64,000 nucleotides of DNA from Mustelus asterias. Lineage: Eukaryota. Each line of letters starts with the position of its first letter. Within the stretch, counting starts at the first letter, position 1. A program made the translations under genes and the position numbers. The notes beneath the pieces are model-generated. The model did no database searches. It saw only the letters and a list, made by a program, of their open reading frames with translations, and had not been told where the DNA came from. Location of the stretch: NCBI RefSeq assembly GCF_964213995.1, contig NC_135828.1:30566001-30630000 (forward strand), in the 5' to 3' direction. This document shows positions 51,727 to 64,000 of the stretch, piece by piece.

Positions 51727-52057
51727 GCAGTCGGCTTGTCAGTGGATGGATTTTAACCTGGAACACACCAAACTGACAAGGCAGACCAGAAATCCTCAAC
51801 ACAACTCACACGAGCGATCAAGGAAGGTAAGGGCTTTGCGCCATTTGGAAAAGGACCCTGACTCACTGGTTTGGTGGCGCCACTGTTATCCCGTCCATAC
51901 ACGGCAGCTGTGATTGTCGGAAACTCGCCTTCCCTGTGGTTTGCTTTCCGTTTTTTTCTGCCATGCTCGATTTATTTGCCTTCCCCTCGCCTGCTGTCTC
52001 GCTCTGTCCTTTTCTGCTTGTCTGTCTACATTTACCAGCATCTGTGGCTCATGGGAC

Positions 52058-52358
52058 AGCAGCGTGGCACAGTGCTTAGCACTGCTGCCTGACAGCACCA
52101 GGAACCCGGGTTCGATTTCCGCTTGGGTCACTGTCTGTGTGGGGTTTGCACATTCTCCCCATGTGGGTTTCCTCCAGGTGCTCTGATTTCTTCTCACACT
52201 CCAAGAAAGTGTGGGTTACGTGGACTGGCCATGCTAATTTGCCACTTAGTGTCAGGGGGACTAGCTGGGGTAAGTGCACATGGTTATGGGGATACGGTCT
52301 GGGTGGGACTGTGGTTGATGCAGACTTGATAGGCCGAATGTCCTCCTTCTGCACTGTA
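52058..52358 (+). mobile_element. HE1-like SINE
   Basis: gtggcacagtgcttagcactgctgcc...gggttcgatttcc, conserved core. Confidence 0.85.
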
Positions 52359-52954
52359 TGCAGAAGGAGGACATTCTCCCTGCTACTGCCTCTCTCATTC
52401 TATTCATCAGGATCACATTCTATCTCTCTCTCTCTCAGAATATCTCCGTGTGCTTTTAAATACTTAATCTTTTCTTTATCTATGTTTTTCTTTGTCTTTC
52501 TCTTTCAGGATCACATTCCGCATCGATCTCTCTCTCTCTCCCACTCTCTCTCGCTCTCCCTCACTCCAACTCTCTCTCCCTCTCCTTCTCCCTCTCTCCC
52601 TCTCTCTCTCTCTCTGTCGTCATCCAATTTCTCTTCCTCGTTATCTCTCTCTCTCCCTCTGAAGAATGCGTGGAGGAACATACAAAAGAATACACCAATT
52701 GTCCCTTACGGTATTTCTCGGTGAAAGTTTGAGAGATTTATCCCATTAAACCTATTCCACTATCACGTTCCCCTTTACCTGTTTGCCGGCTATCTGCAAC
52801 AGATCTGCGACAGTGTCAGCTCTTTCCAATTAACCATCCGATATACTAATCAGAGCCAATTCCATCTCAGCACATTGACAAGTCCCTCTCCTCCACCCTG
52901 TCCCTGTAACCCTGAAAAAATGCAACGGCCAATTCACCAAACCTTGTTTTTTTT

Positions 52955-53655
52955 TATTTGATTTATTTTTGTCACATGTATTAGCATACAGTGAAAAGTA
53001 TTGTTTCTTGCGCGCCATACAGACAAAGCGTACCATTCATACAGAAGGAAACGAGAGAGTGCAGAATTTAGTGTTACAGTCATAGCTGGAGTGTAGAGAA
53101 AGATCAGCTTAATGCAAGGTAAGTCCACTCAAACGTCTGACAGCAGCAGGGAAGAAGATGTTCTTGAGTCAGTTGGTACATCACCTCAGACTTTTGTATA
53201 TTTTTCCCGATGGAAGAAGGTGGAAGAGAGAATGTCCGGGGTCCGTGGGGTCCTTAATTATGATTGTGCTACATTCATAGCTTTATGGAGTTACTTGTAG
53301 TCTTGGGCAGAGCAGGAGCCATATCAAGCAGGAGCCATATCAATGTATTATTTCTGATACAACCAGAAATAATGCTTTCTATGGTGTAACTGTAAAAGTT
53401 GGCGAGAGCCCTAATTGACATGCCAAATGTCCTTATACCTCTGAGAACGTAGAGGCGTTGGTGAGCATTCTTAACTATAGTGTCGGTATGGGGGGACCAG
53501 GACAGGTTGTTGGCGATCTGGACACCTAAACACCTGAAGCTCTCGACCCTTTCTACTTTGTCCCCGTTGATCTAGACAGAGGTTCTCGTTTACGCTCCCT
53601 GACGTCGATGACCACCTCCTTCGTTTTGTTGACACTGAAGGGGAGATTATTTCAC
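52955..53655 (-). mobile_element. Rex1/Babar-type LINE 3' fragment
   Basis: Reverse frame GDKVERVESFRCLGVQIANNLSWSPH...AHQRLYVLR...FY..TIESII. Confidence 0.75.
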
Positions 53656-53659
53656 ATCT

Positions 53660-53860
53660 TTGGACACTAAAGGTCAGTTTGGCATTGGCAATCGTCATAA
53701 CCCGCACATCTTTGGACTGAGGGAGGAAATGGGACCACCTGGACGAATCCCACGCAGACATGAGGAGAATGTGCAAACTCCACATAAACCGTCACCCAAG
53801 GCTGGAATTGAAGTTGGTTGCCTGGTGGTGTGTGGCAGCAGTGCTAACCACTGTGCTACG
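53660..53860 (-). mobile_element. HE1-like SINE
   Basis: Antisense A/B boxes and core. Confidence 0.8.
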
Positions 53861-54544
53861 AAGTGATATCGCTCGCAGTGCAAACAAGCTGGATCATTAT
53901 GGTCTCAACTATTTGCAATGAAAGCACTTTTCAATTATTTTTCTGCCCACATCCATGCACAGAGGCAGCTTCCTTGTACAGAGACCAAACGCTGCAGCCG
54001 CCATTTTAAAGGTATTGATCGTAATTCCAACCATGATACCCTCCACTGCTACCCACCATTGAATGGAGGGGCTGGCAATTCGAACATTTGCCCCTTCATT
54101 CTGCATTGGCTATCTCGTGGCACAGAGTGAGAATTAGTTGTCACAGGACTGTCAGGAAAACGCCAGGACATTCATCATGCAATTGCACTGCATTTCTCGT
54201 ACAACAGTCCTCTCAGTACCCCACCCACCAATCTTTCATCATCCACCGGGCTGCAAACACCCTCTCCAAACTTCAATGACGGCCACCATCACATGCGCGA
54301 GCAGCTCTCGATAGCACCCACACATTTCCCACAATAACTTTATTCAAAATGCCTTCTTCCCTCAACACCTACTCCGCCTCGAAATGCAAACTTGGAATTG
54401 CACATCTAAACACTTAAGTTTAACGCACTTGTGCACATGCAGTTTTTTGCCAGACAGTTAATTTTCTATTCAGGCTAAATTGTAGGCACATACACCACCA
54501 TCTCTTATTTGCTGGAATAAACATTGATGCCATCTCTTCCATAT

Positions 54545-55045
54545 AATTTCTACAGTGCTAAAGGGGGCCATTCGGCCCATCGAGTTTGCAACCACCCACC
54601 GAGGGACCTTCCCACCCAGCCTCCGCCCTATCCCCATAACCTGGCGCATTTTCCATGTATTGTCGACATTACCTACACATACTTGAACAGTAATGGGCAA
54701 TGTTGCATGGCCAACACGCATAACCTGCACATCATTGGACAGAAAAGGGCAATTTACGATGGTCAGTCCATCCAATCTGAATATCTTTGGACACTAAATG
54801 GCAATTTAGCGTGTTGGATCCACCGAACCACATCATCTTTGGACACTAAGGAACATCTTAGCATGGCATATCCACCTAACCTGCAATCTTTTGTCTGTGG
54901 GAGCAAACCACAGCACCGGGATGAAACTCACGCAGACAGAGGGAGAATGTGCAAACTCCACATAGAAAGGCACCGGAGGCCGGACTCGAACCCAGGTTCC
55001 TGGTGCTGTGAGGCAGCCGTCCTAACCATGGTGCCACCGTGCTGC
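54545..55045 (-). mobile_element. HE1-like SINE with an internal ~52-bp unit amplified about four times
   Basis: Repeated atctttggacactaa..ggcaatttagcatggc..atccacctaacctgc-like units at ~54678-54885. Confidence 0.8.
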
Positions 55046-55994
55046 CGAACTCATAATCTGGCCAACTGATCAACTATCGCCTGGAAATGCAGTACAGTAC
55101 AATCAGAGATTCCCCTCTACCCACAGCATATGCCACACCTTCAAGACACTCTCGTGAAGTTGGCTAACATGATTCATCTTTTGTGAACCATGCTGATTCT
55201 TCTTGATTTGCTTGGGGTTTTCTAACCAGACAGCTAGAACCCAGTTAATGATTTATTCTAACACATTTCCCAACGCAAAGGTAAAGCTGACGGACCTATA
55301 ATTTCCATGGTCTTTGCCTGCCTCCCAGTTTGAAAGGAAAGTTTATATTGACGACTTTCCAGTCTAATGGAAGCTTTCCAGGACCTCGGGAATTTTGGAA
55401 AAATTACAACAATGCACCTAGTGGCTCGTCAGCTATTGCTTTTCATCTCATAGGATAAAATCCATCCATACTCGGAGACTTCTTCACCTGCAAGTTCCGT
55501 TAGTTTGCCCTGCACTGCTTCAGTCCTCCACCTCCCAATTTACAACTATTACTAGAATGTTTTAATGTCCTTTATAGTGAAGACCGAAGCATAATATTTG
55601 CTCCCTTTATCCATCATTTCCTGTTCATCTACAAATGAATCCCCATTCTAATTGTCTGGTGGACCAACACAAGTTTGTAATTGTTTCCTGTTCAAAGACC
55701 TATCCGTCTGATATTCTATTTAACATACCTCACTAACTTATTTTCCCTAACTATATTTTAATCAATCTATTATGCTTTTTTTCATTTGGAAGTCATCTGA
55801 ATTTTTCAGTGGAGATCACCTCGACTATTAACTCAGCAGGCAAAGGTGATTTAATCTTAGAGGTTGACTGGATGAGATAATGCGTGTCAGCGTATGCATG
55901 GGCATGTATGTGTATGTGTGTATGAGCGGGGAGAGTGAGTGTGAGTGATTATGCGTGAGACTGAGTGAAAACTCAATATTTGTCAGTGCATGAG

Positions 55995-56302
55995 TGTGGT
56001 GAACCATAGATGGTTACCACTATGGGTACTGAACCATACATGGTTATCACTATGGGTACTTGTACATATGTTACTCTTGTTACTGTTGGGGTTAGGGTTG
56101 GGGTGTTCCACCTGTTGGTATTGTTCTGTGGTACACTCCGGTTGGCTCCGCCTACCTATAGGAGTATAAAGGTCACTGCATTGCCTGGTGACCCTTTAGT
56201 CTGGGATTGTGTTGTTAAGCAGTATGCTCTATTCTTGTTACGAATAAAAGCCTTTATTTCCCGGGTACGATCCAGCCTCCCGAGTGAATTAATCGCGCAT
56301 CA
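55995..56302 (+). mobile_element. Solo LTR
   Basis: TG...CA ends; 5-bp TSD ATGAG (55990-55994, 56303-56307); TATAAA 56165; AATAAA 56243; internal 30-bp tandem pair 56001-56060. Confidence 0.88.
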
Positions 56303-56607
56303 ATGAGTGACTGTGAATAAGAGAATTTGAGAGTGCGAGTGTCCGGACGAGTAAATGTGTGCAACTCTATGTGTACGATTGTGCGTGCATGGAAGGCAGT
56401 GAAAGAGATTGTGTACGTATGTGAGAGTGAGAGAGAGTATATGTCTGTTTGGGTGAGAGTATTCGGTGGTGGACAAACTCATATTTTGCCGTCAAAAATT
56501 GTAGATAGGGCCTGGCATTCGCTCCTAGAAACAAACCCTTTTCTATGCTGCTGCTTACAGATGGAAAAATGGGAGACTAATATGACGCTCGACGTCTCAC
56601 TATTACA

Positions 56608-56885
56608 TCGAGTCTGCACTGACCACAATCCCACCCAACCCCATATCCCTACATATTTTACCCGCTAATCCACGCATTCCAGGACACTAAGGGGCACTTT
56701 TAGCATGGCCAGTCAACCTAACCCGCACATCTTTGGACTGTGGGAGGAAACCAGAGCACCCGGATGAAACCCACGCAGACACGAGGAGAATGTGCAAACT
56801 CCACACAGACAGTGACCCGAGCCGGGAATCGAACCCAGGTCCCTGGAGCTGTGAAGCAGCAGTGCTAACCACTGTGCTACCGTCC
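56608..56885 (-). mobile_element. HE1-like SINE
   Basis: Well-preserved antisense copy with A/B boxes. Confidence 0.88.
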
Positions 56886-57527
56886 CGTTCTGTCCATGGG
56901 TTGCTTGCATTTTCCATATTTCCAAGGAATTAAGTTTGTGAAATTTAGCTTGCTGCCTCCATATCTTATAAAACCATATATATTTTATTGCGAAAGACAT
57001 TTTTATAATGCCCTTAAGGATCTGGTCTCTGCAGCCCGCAGCTGTGGTTAACATCTCTTCAGAGATAACGAGGCAGTGGTTCTGCAATACCTCCAAATCA
57101 CTCTCATTGTACACGGTTCACAATCAGGCAATGTTGTCTGACGATGGTGTAAACCTGACTCACGTTCCCAATTACAGGATGTACAATTCAACGTTTTGTG
57201 AATTATTCTTCACAATGATAGAAAAACTCAATACCAAAGGATAAACATGTGATGTTGCCAAGAACGCTTGGCCGGCACAATTATTATTTCATGTTCTAAC
57301 TTTTCTGACTCCTTCGCCTTAAAATCCAGAACATTGTCAGATGCAATTCTCGTCTTTTGTGTTGGTGGTAGAAATCAATGGTCCAATAAATGTAGCTCAT
57401 CTGCTCCAGGTGGGTTTCCTCCATTGCGTGAGCTCATTATTTGACACCTGCATTGGGCTGGAAAACAATTGTGCAGCTCCTTCAAAATCTTCATCTGTCA
57501 TGTTCCCAAGACCGGCTATCACAAGGA

Positions 57528-58225
57528 GTTGGTTTGCAGGTGCAGCAGGTAATTAAGAAGGCAAGTGGAATGTTGTCCTTCATTGCTAGAGGGATGGAGT
57601 TTAAAAACAGCGAGGTTATGTTGCAGCTGTATAAGATGCTGGTGAGGACACACCTGGAGTACTGTGTACAGTTTTGGTCTCTTTATTGAGAAAGGATATA
57701 CTGGCACTGGAGGGGGTGCAGGGGATATTCACTAGGAGATTCACGAGGAGATTCCGGAGTTGAGAGGGTTGGCTTATGAAGAGAGACTGAGTAGACTAGG
57801 GCTATACTCATTGGAATTCAGAAGAATGAGGGGAGATCTTCTTGAAACGTATAAGATTATGAAGGGAATAGATAAAATAGAAGCAGGGAAATTGTTTCCA
57901 CTGGCAAGTGGAACTAGAACTAGGGGGCATGGCCTCAAAATAAGGGGAAGCAGATTTAGGACTGAGATAAGGAGGAACTTCTTCACACAAAGTGTTGTGA
58001 ATGTGTGGAATTCCCTGCCCAGTGACGCAGCTGAGGCTACCTCATTGAATGTTTTTTTAAGGCAAGGATAGATACATTTTTGAACAGTAAAGGAATTAAG
58101 GGTTGTGGTGAGCGGGCGGGTAAGTGGAGCTGAGTCCATGAAAAGATCAGCCATGATCTTATTGAATGGCGGAACAGGCCCATGGGGCCAGGTGGCTTAC
58201 TCCTGCTCCTAATTCTTTTGTTCTT
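57528..58225 (+). mobile_element. CR1 3' fragment
   Basis: MLQLYKMLVRTHLEYCVQFW, RRMRGDL, RRNFFTQ; tail. Confidence 0.9.
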
Positions 58226-58709
58226 ACCTTCTTATTATTTGGACTGAGCAACAGCGAATGGTCCTTGAGCCTCTCCTCCGTGATTTATCGGGTGACTGAA
58301 TAAATGATAAATATCGTTGACTTGCACCGGGGGCCAATGCCACCCACTTACGCTGAAACTTGCATATCCCCTCAAAGTGCCGGAATGGAGTGGTGCTGAG
58401 TTGCAGATTTCCATTGGTGATTCTGCAAATCTGAGACCCTTGGTGTTAACTTGAGAATCCTCTCTACTTTTCACCTCATGCACTCATGACATGCTCTTCA
58501 GTGTGGGACGGCAAATCATTTTCTGATTAGGTCTGCTCTGCCTCTCAGAACACTGAAATGAGGAACTTTAGGTTAAAGTGGCCGCTCCCCTTTCGGAGGA
58601 CAGCCATTATTACTAATTGACAATGGCATAACAGAGTCATTTAGACTGTTTGAGATGTGGCTGTCACTGGGATTGAGGGATAACCTTTTCCTCAAATCAT
58701 AATTTTTTT

Positions 58710-59470
58710 ACAGTGCAGACAGAGGTCATTCAGTCCGTCGAGCCTACACTGGCAACAAACCCACCCAGGCCCTATCCCCATAACCACACACATAGACCCT
58801 GCCAGTCTCCCTGTCACGAAGGGGCATGGCCAATCAACACAACCTGCACATCTTTGGAATGTGCGAAGAGACGAACGCAGACACGGGGATCATGTTCAAC
58901 CTCCACACAGATGGTTCAACAAGGCCAGATTTGAACGCGGGTCCCCGGCGCTGCGAGGCATCAGTGCTAACCACCATGCTGTCTCTAGCCTTTGGTACAG
59001 GGCTGAAGGGTTGTTCTGCACCCTTCTATCTACTCGCCATTATGCCTCAGTTTTCAAGGCAAAAACAGCCTCCTGCTGTGTTCAAGATTTTCCATGCTCA
59101 ACCTAGCCGGGGAGGGGGGGGGGGTGGGGGGGGGGGGGGTGGCGGTATAGTGGCACATTGGTTAGCACTGCTGCCTCACATCGCCAGGACCTGGGTTTAA
59201 TTCTGTCCTTGGGTGGCTATCTGTGTGGAGTTTATACGTTCTCCCCGTGTCTGCGTGGGTTCCCTCTGGGTATTCCAGTTTCCTCCAACACTCCAAAAGA
59301 TGTGCGGGTTAAGTGGATTGGCCATGATAAATTACCCCTCGGTGTCAGGGTAATTAGCAGGGCAAATACGTGGGGTTACGGGGAGAGGGCCTGGGTGAAA
59401 TTATTTTCGGTGCAGTCTCGATGGGCTGAATGACCTCTTTCTGCACTTTGATAATTCTACGTTGATTCTA
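58710..59470. mobile_element. Two divergently oriented SINEs (58710-58980 minus; 59141-59470 plus)
   Basis: tRNA-like heads tggttagcactg..gcctc facing outward; SINE cores. Confidence 0.8.
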
Positions 59471-59776
59471 TGTACGCTTCAGTTATTCCACATTCGCTGA
59501 ACCCTTCTCTTTATTTAATTGCCCCATTGAAGATGCACCAATATCAATTTTGTTGCTGAATCACATCCGGTCGTTATCCAATCACACACCTTTCATTTGC
59601 ATCCCCAACGCCCCTCTACCCCCCCCCCCCCACTATCCCCCCACCCTCCCACCTCACCCTTATACCGCACATTTCAGTTACTCTATTATTGCTTTCAAAT
59701 TCATCATGAAACATTACCCTGATCTGAGAAAACCTATTTCAGACTGAAAAGTTGAAACACAATGTCTAGTTTACAG

Positions 59777-60646
59777 TGAACCTCGTGGCGTTTGTGATCC
59801 TGTCAAGGGGAAACTGCGGCCTCTCCACCTGCACCACTCGGTGGATCTAGTGGTCATTATCACCGAGGTTCTATTATATCACTATTTACTTTTGTGGCGT
59901 TTCCTCTGTGTAGTGTTATTGTTCTGCATGCTTCGTGCAGCCAGGGACTGCTCAGTCTGGTTCACAGTTACTTTCTCCTTTTGTCGGTGTGTGGCCATTT
60001 GCTGCCAGCATCTAAAAACAAAAGGTTGTTCCGATGAAACTGCGGCTGTGGTTCTAGCAACAACATGCAGCCTGCTCTGTTACCAAAACATCCCTTTCTA
60101 TTTCCATTATGAACCTTGGAAGATAATGAAAAATGCTCCATGGTACTGCAAGGCAAAGAAAATTAATCCCACCCTGCTTGGGTGGGATTAGACTGGCTGG
60201 ATACTGTTTTAGTACCATTGTTCCCATTCGTCTAAATGATATTCGTCTCAACTCCTTGATGGTCAGACATATTTTAGTGGCCCGTCAAGTTCGGAAACGT
60301 CTGAAGGATCAGAGCAAGAGAGAGAATCGCAGTGACCCAGAGATGGAGAGCAAAAGGAAGTCCGTGGTTTTGCTCTTCGCCATATTGGGTAGCTTCATAT
60401 TTATGTGCTTATCGTATGGTATTAACTTCCTGTAATATACTACTGCAGGAACAAAACCCGCCGACTACAAGGGATTTTTCTATAATTTTTTAAAATGTTG
60501 GATTTATGCTAGAGGTTTGAAATTGCTGCACAAACACATTTATTTATGGGGTCACTCAATCCAAGTTCAGAGAGCAGATCATGCACTCTGTGAAATATCT
60601 GGTTCCATCAATTATTGAATTAATTAATAAACAGAAAAAAAACTGA
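59777..60646 (+). pseudogene. Class A GPCR pseudogene, GPR139/GPR142-like family expanded in sharks (main coding exon)
   Basis: ttacag|(V)NLVAFVILSRGNCGLSTCTTR, DLVVIITEV, DCSVWFTVTFS..R.VAICCQ, LNSLMVRHIL, DPEMESKRKSVVLLFAILGSFI, NCCTNTFIYGVTQSKFREQ; deletions, frameshifts and in-frame stops. Confidence 0.88.
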
Positions 60647-60660
60647 GAGCAGTCCAAAGG

Positions 60661-60782
60661 CTTTTGTGGCGTTTCCTCTGTGTAGTGTTATTGTTCTGCT
60701 GCGTCGTGCAGCCAGGGACTGCTCAGTCTGGTTCACAGTTACTTTCTCCTTTGGTCGGTTTGTGGCCATTTGCTGCCAGCAT
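60661..60782 (+). repeat. Direct duplication of 59889-60011 (TM3 region of the GPCR pseudogene)
   Basis: cttttgtggcgtttcctctgtg...gctgccagcat occurs twice with only a few differences. Confidence 0.92.
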
Positions 60783-62708
60783 GTTTACAGTCAAAAATGA
60801 TTTTATTTTATGAACCAACTTGCATTCACTTCATCACTCGTGATCTAAAACGACCTCCAGAGGTGCGGACAGGGAGGCAACAGTGCCTTCGGTACATCTG
60901 ACGGTTTTTGTTTTGAGTACAGACCTAGCAAAGATTCAAGTGGATGAATCAACAGCTGGCCGTTGGAGTACTGCAAGAAGGGAAATAGGAGAAGTAAATG
61001 TGCTCCAAATCTCTACAGTCCAGCCTGAGGTAACAGACGATATATCTTATGGGGTATAAGGGAAGAGCGTTGATATACAGTGCCTGCTGATAAAAGGGCG
61101 AATGTACCACCCGAGATATCTGCTGCAAGGTTCAATCGCTGACAATGTTGTTCAATAGGTATACTTAAGCAATCAGTTCCTACATGCAGGCATGGGACTT
61201 ACTGAACTTGCCTGAGGCTCACAAAGAGGCACGCCTGCAGTAGCTGTAAGACGTCAGCTCTCTCTCTCTTTCTCTCTCGCACAATATCTCCGAAACTCAG
61301 TCTCATTTCACATACTCGATCTCTCACGCACACACTTTCTCACACACACTCACCTTCTCACACACTCACTCAGAATGAGAGTGGATAAACATTACTGCAC
61401 GCTATAATCCCTGCGCCAGACATTGTCAATGTTCAATCTTACGCAATGAATCTTGCGAAAAGCCTTGTTAATGTTTCCAACATAAATGTCTCAATTTCAC
61501 GACAGCTTGTTGGAACGGGAAAACACAATCATTTTAGGGCACAGAATTTTGTTTTACATATTTATGCCCATTGTGTCCGTGCTCTACCAGAAAAGGAGTT
61601 ATAAACAAAATGCTCCCATTTTGCAACAATTGGTCTGCAACTCGACAGGTTTCGATGAGACAGAGAGAGTAGCTCCGTTGGGATCCAAATGCCTGACTTC
61701 CACTGTCGCCCGTCTTTACCGTGACAGTTGTAAACGTCAACAAGTGTTCCCACATACTTCCAGATAAATTTTCAGTGTTTACTCTCGTGAAACAGGGTAA
61801 CCATTCATTCGTACACAACAAGCACAAAAAGGGAAATGATGCTTCAATAATTTCTGGAAATGTTAACATCCAGAATGCACAGGATGGTTGAAGTGATTCT
61901 GTTCCAAAGGTGAAATGGGTTTCTGATTTAAAATCTCAATCTGACAGCGGTAGTGACATTCACACAAAAGCATAAATCATCCAAAGCATAATGTCACTCA
62001 GGCGCGCGCACACACACACAGACACACACTCACATAAATACATGATTATACAAGTAACAGAACGCCACACACATAGAGATATATAGTTATCCCACACAAA
62101 CCCCTACACTCACAGAAGCACGAAGTGACACACAAATTCTGATGTGCACACGGATGAAGATGTTCAGATGCAGAAACAGGGAAACACAGACATTCTCACA
62201 AACACGCACACAAGCTCAAACACATGCACACTCATCCACGCACTGACAGGCAGAGAGACGTGCAGATAGAGAAACACAGAATCCCTCCCAAACACACATT
62301 CATAAGCACCTATACAAACACTGACACATACAGCCACAAACTCGCTGACACACAGGAAGGTACACACGAAGGACAGATGTCCTCAAACAAACATTCCCAC
62401 ACACAAAGACGGACAATATTGTGAATTAATAATGATCTCACTCTCGGCACCCTGGGGACAGCCGAAGTGTAACACAAACAACGTTAGCATTCTGAGTGAA
62501 TTTTGTATTTAAATGATGAAATACTCACAGCCAAGGGTGTAAATGTAATTCATGATGTTACGGCACAGAGGTTAATCCCCTTTACCTCGCGTCATAATTA
62601 AGGTACAGTTCGACTGGAATGCTGTTCGAATATTGCAAGGAACATTCATTACCAAAATAGTAATAACGGATTTTTGTCATTCTCAAATCAATTATATAAC
62701 CAGGTCTG

Positions 62709-63267
62709 ATAGAACATAGAACATAGAACAGTACAGCACAGAACAGGCCCTTCGGCCCACGATGTTGTGCCGAGCTTTATCTGAAACCAAGATCAAGCTA
62801 CCCCACTCCCTGTCATCCTGGTGTGCTCTATGTGCCTATCCAATAACCGCTTAAATGTTCATAAAATGTCTGACTCCACTATCACTGCAGGCAGTCCATT
62901 CCACACCGCAACCAAGTAAAGAACCTACCTCTGATATCCTTCCTATATCTCCCACCACGAACCCTATAGTTATGCCCCCTTGTAATAGCTCCATCCACCC
63001 GAGGAAATAGTCTTTGAACGTTCACTCTCTCTATCCCCTTCATCATTTTATAAACCTCTATTAAGTCTCCCCTCAGCCTCCTCCGCTCCAGAGAGAACAG
63101 CCCTAGCTCCCTCAACCTTTCCCCATAAGACCTACCCTCCAAACCAGGCAGCATCCTGGTAAATCTCCTCTGCACTCTTTCCAGCGCTTCCACATCCTTC
63201 TTATAGTGAGGTGACCAGAACTGCACACAATATTCCAAATGTGGTCTCACCAAGGCCCTGTACAGTT
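62709..63267 (-). mobile_element. Short 5'-truncated CR1, same family as 179-1048
   Basis: ORF 62882..63253 (VRPHLEYCVQFW); (ttctatg)n tail. Confidence 0.93.
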
Positions 63268-64000
63268 GGTCCTGATAGCATGCGGAAGTTTTGGAATTCT
63301 TTGGTAGTTGTCCGCATTCTATTTGAGCTGTCAGATTTGGGACCTTTTGCTGGGTAGCGAGTGATTTATCTTAAGACTGGCAGAGTTAGGGACTGACTGC
63401 TCCAGTTGATCTAACTGCCCTTAAATGTATTTAGCTGCTTCAGGTGATCGAGCTCTGCTTATGGTTGAACTCCTGGCTCAACACTGGTGGAACTGAACTC
63501 AAGGCAGTTAATTAATAATCATTTTTATAATCATTTTGACCTATCAATATTCCTGTATACTCAGATTTGCCTGATGTTCACAACAACAGCAAATTCAAAC
63601 CTCACAGGTTAGCTTTCGCTGAGCGTTTTCTTTAAACTGACAGGCTGTTAGCTGATTGCCATATTTAAATTCATCGGCAAACAAAATGCAAAAATCTACA
63701 GAGCCGGTTAACAAGGCAACCGTTATGCTTGGTGCTCGCATCAAATGCTGCAACTTAGAGTCTGTGTGTACTCTGCATTTTAAACATCTCAGCATTGAAT
63801 AATTTCAGCTTCTGAAGGCATTGACACACCAGCTTTTAAAGGGAACACGCACTGCTTTCCCCGACAGTGTTTGACATTATTTACAGACACTCTGTACGTC
63901 TATTAAACTCAACTTGACAACACCTCCCCCCTTCCGGATAAAAATGTGCCATCAACATGAGACAATGGCTTCCTTGTTTTTCTTCCGTGGTCTGAGACAT

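Noticed and set aside
51841-51875. J-like FGKG on the plus strand
   Set aside because: Followed by an in-frame stop; no RSS; wrong orientation
60859-60911. D-beta-like core ggacagggaggc followed by aacagtg, with a perfect GGTTTTTGT nonamer nearby
   Set aside because: Opposite strand to J-C; the heptamer lacks CAC; no nonamer at 12 or 23 spacing from either putative heptamer
61562-61770. GTLVDVYNCHGKDGRQW resembling a ricin-type lectin repeat
   Set aside because: Single short match with no further repeats or splice signals
1-64000. tRNA genes, rRNA, CRISPR arrays
   Set aside because: The tRNA-like A/B boxes all belong to SINE heads; no rRNA or repeat-spacer arrays seen

Overview
Repeat-rich vertebrate genomic DNA, most consistent with a cartilaginous fish (shark-type CR1 LINEs, HE1-like tRNA SINEs, Penelope-like elements, a GPR139/142-like GPCR pseudogene). 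The one intact host gene is a minus-strand T-cell receptor beta-like J-C unit, largely missed by the ORF track: a J segment with a 12-spacer RSS (41163-41236), a C1-Ig exon (36878-37213), an 18-nt Cys hinge exon (33488-33505) and a transmembrane exon (31277-31401). I saw no further J, D or V segment in the ~23 kb upstream. Most of the rest is nested CR1s, SINEs, a Rex1/Babar fragment, a solo LTR and simple repeats. The most unusual non-genic signal is a family of Penelope-derived elements with minimal hammerhead-ribozyme motifs. Two of them are ~250-bp near-perfect palindromes, and both inserted at the same quasi-palindromic site of CR1 ORF2 in two different host copies.
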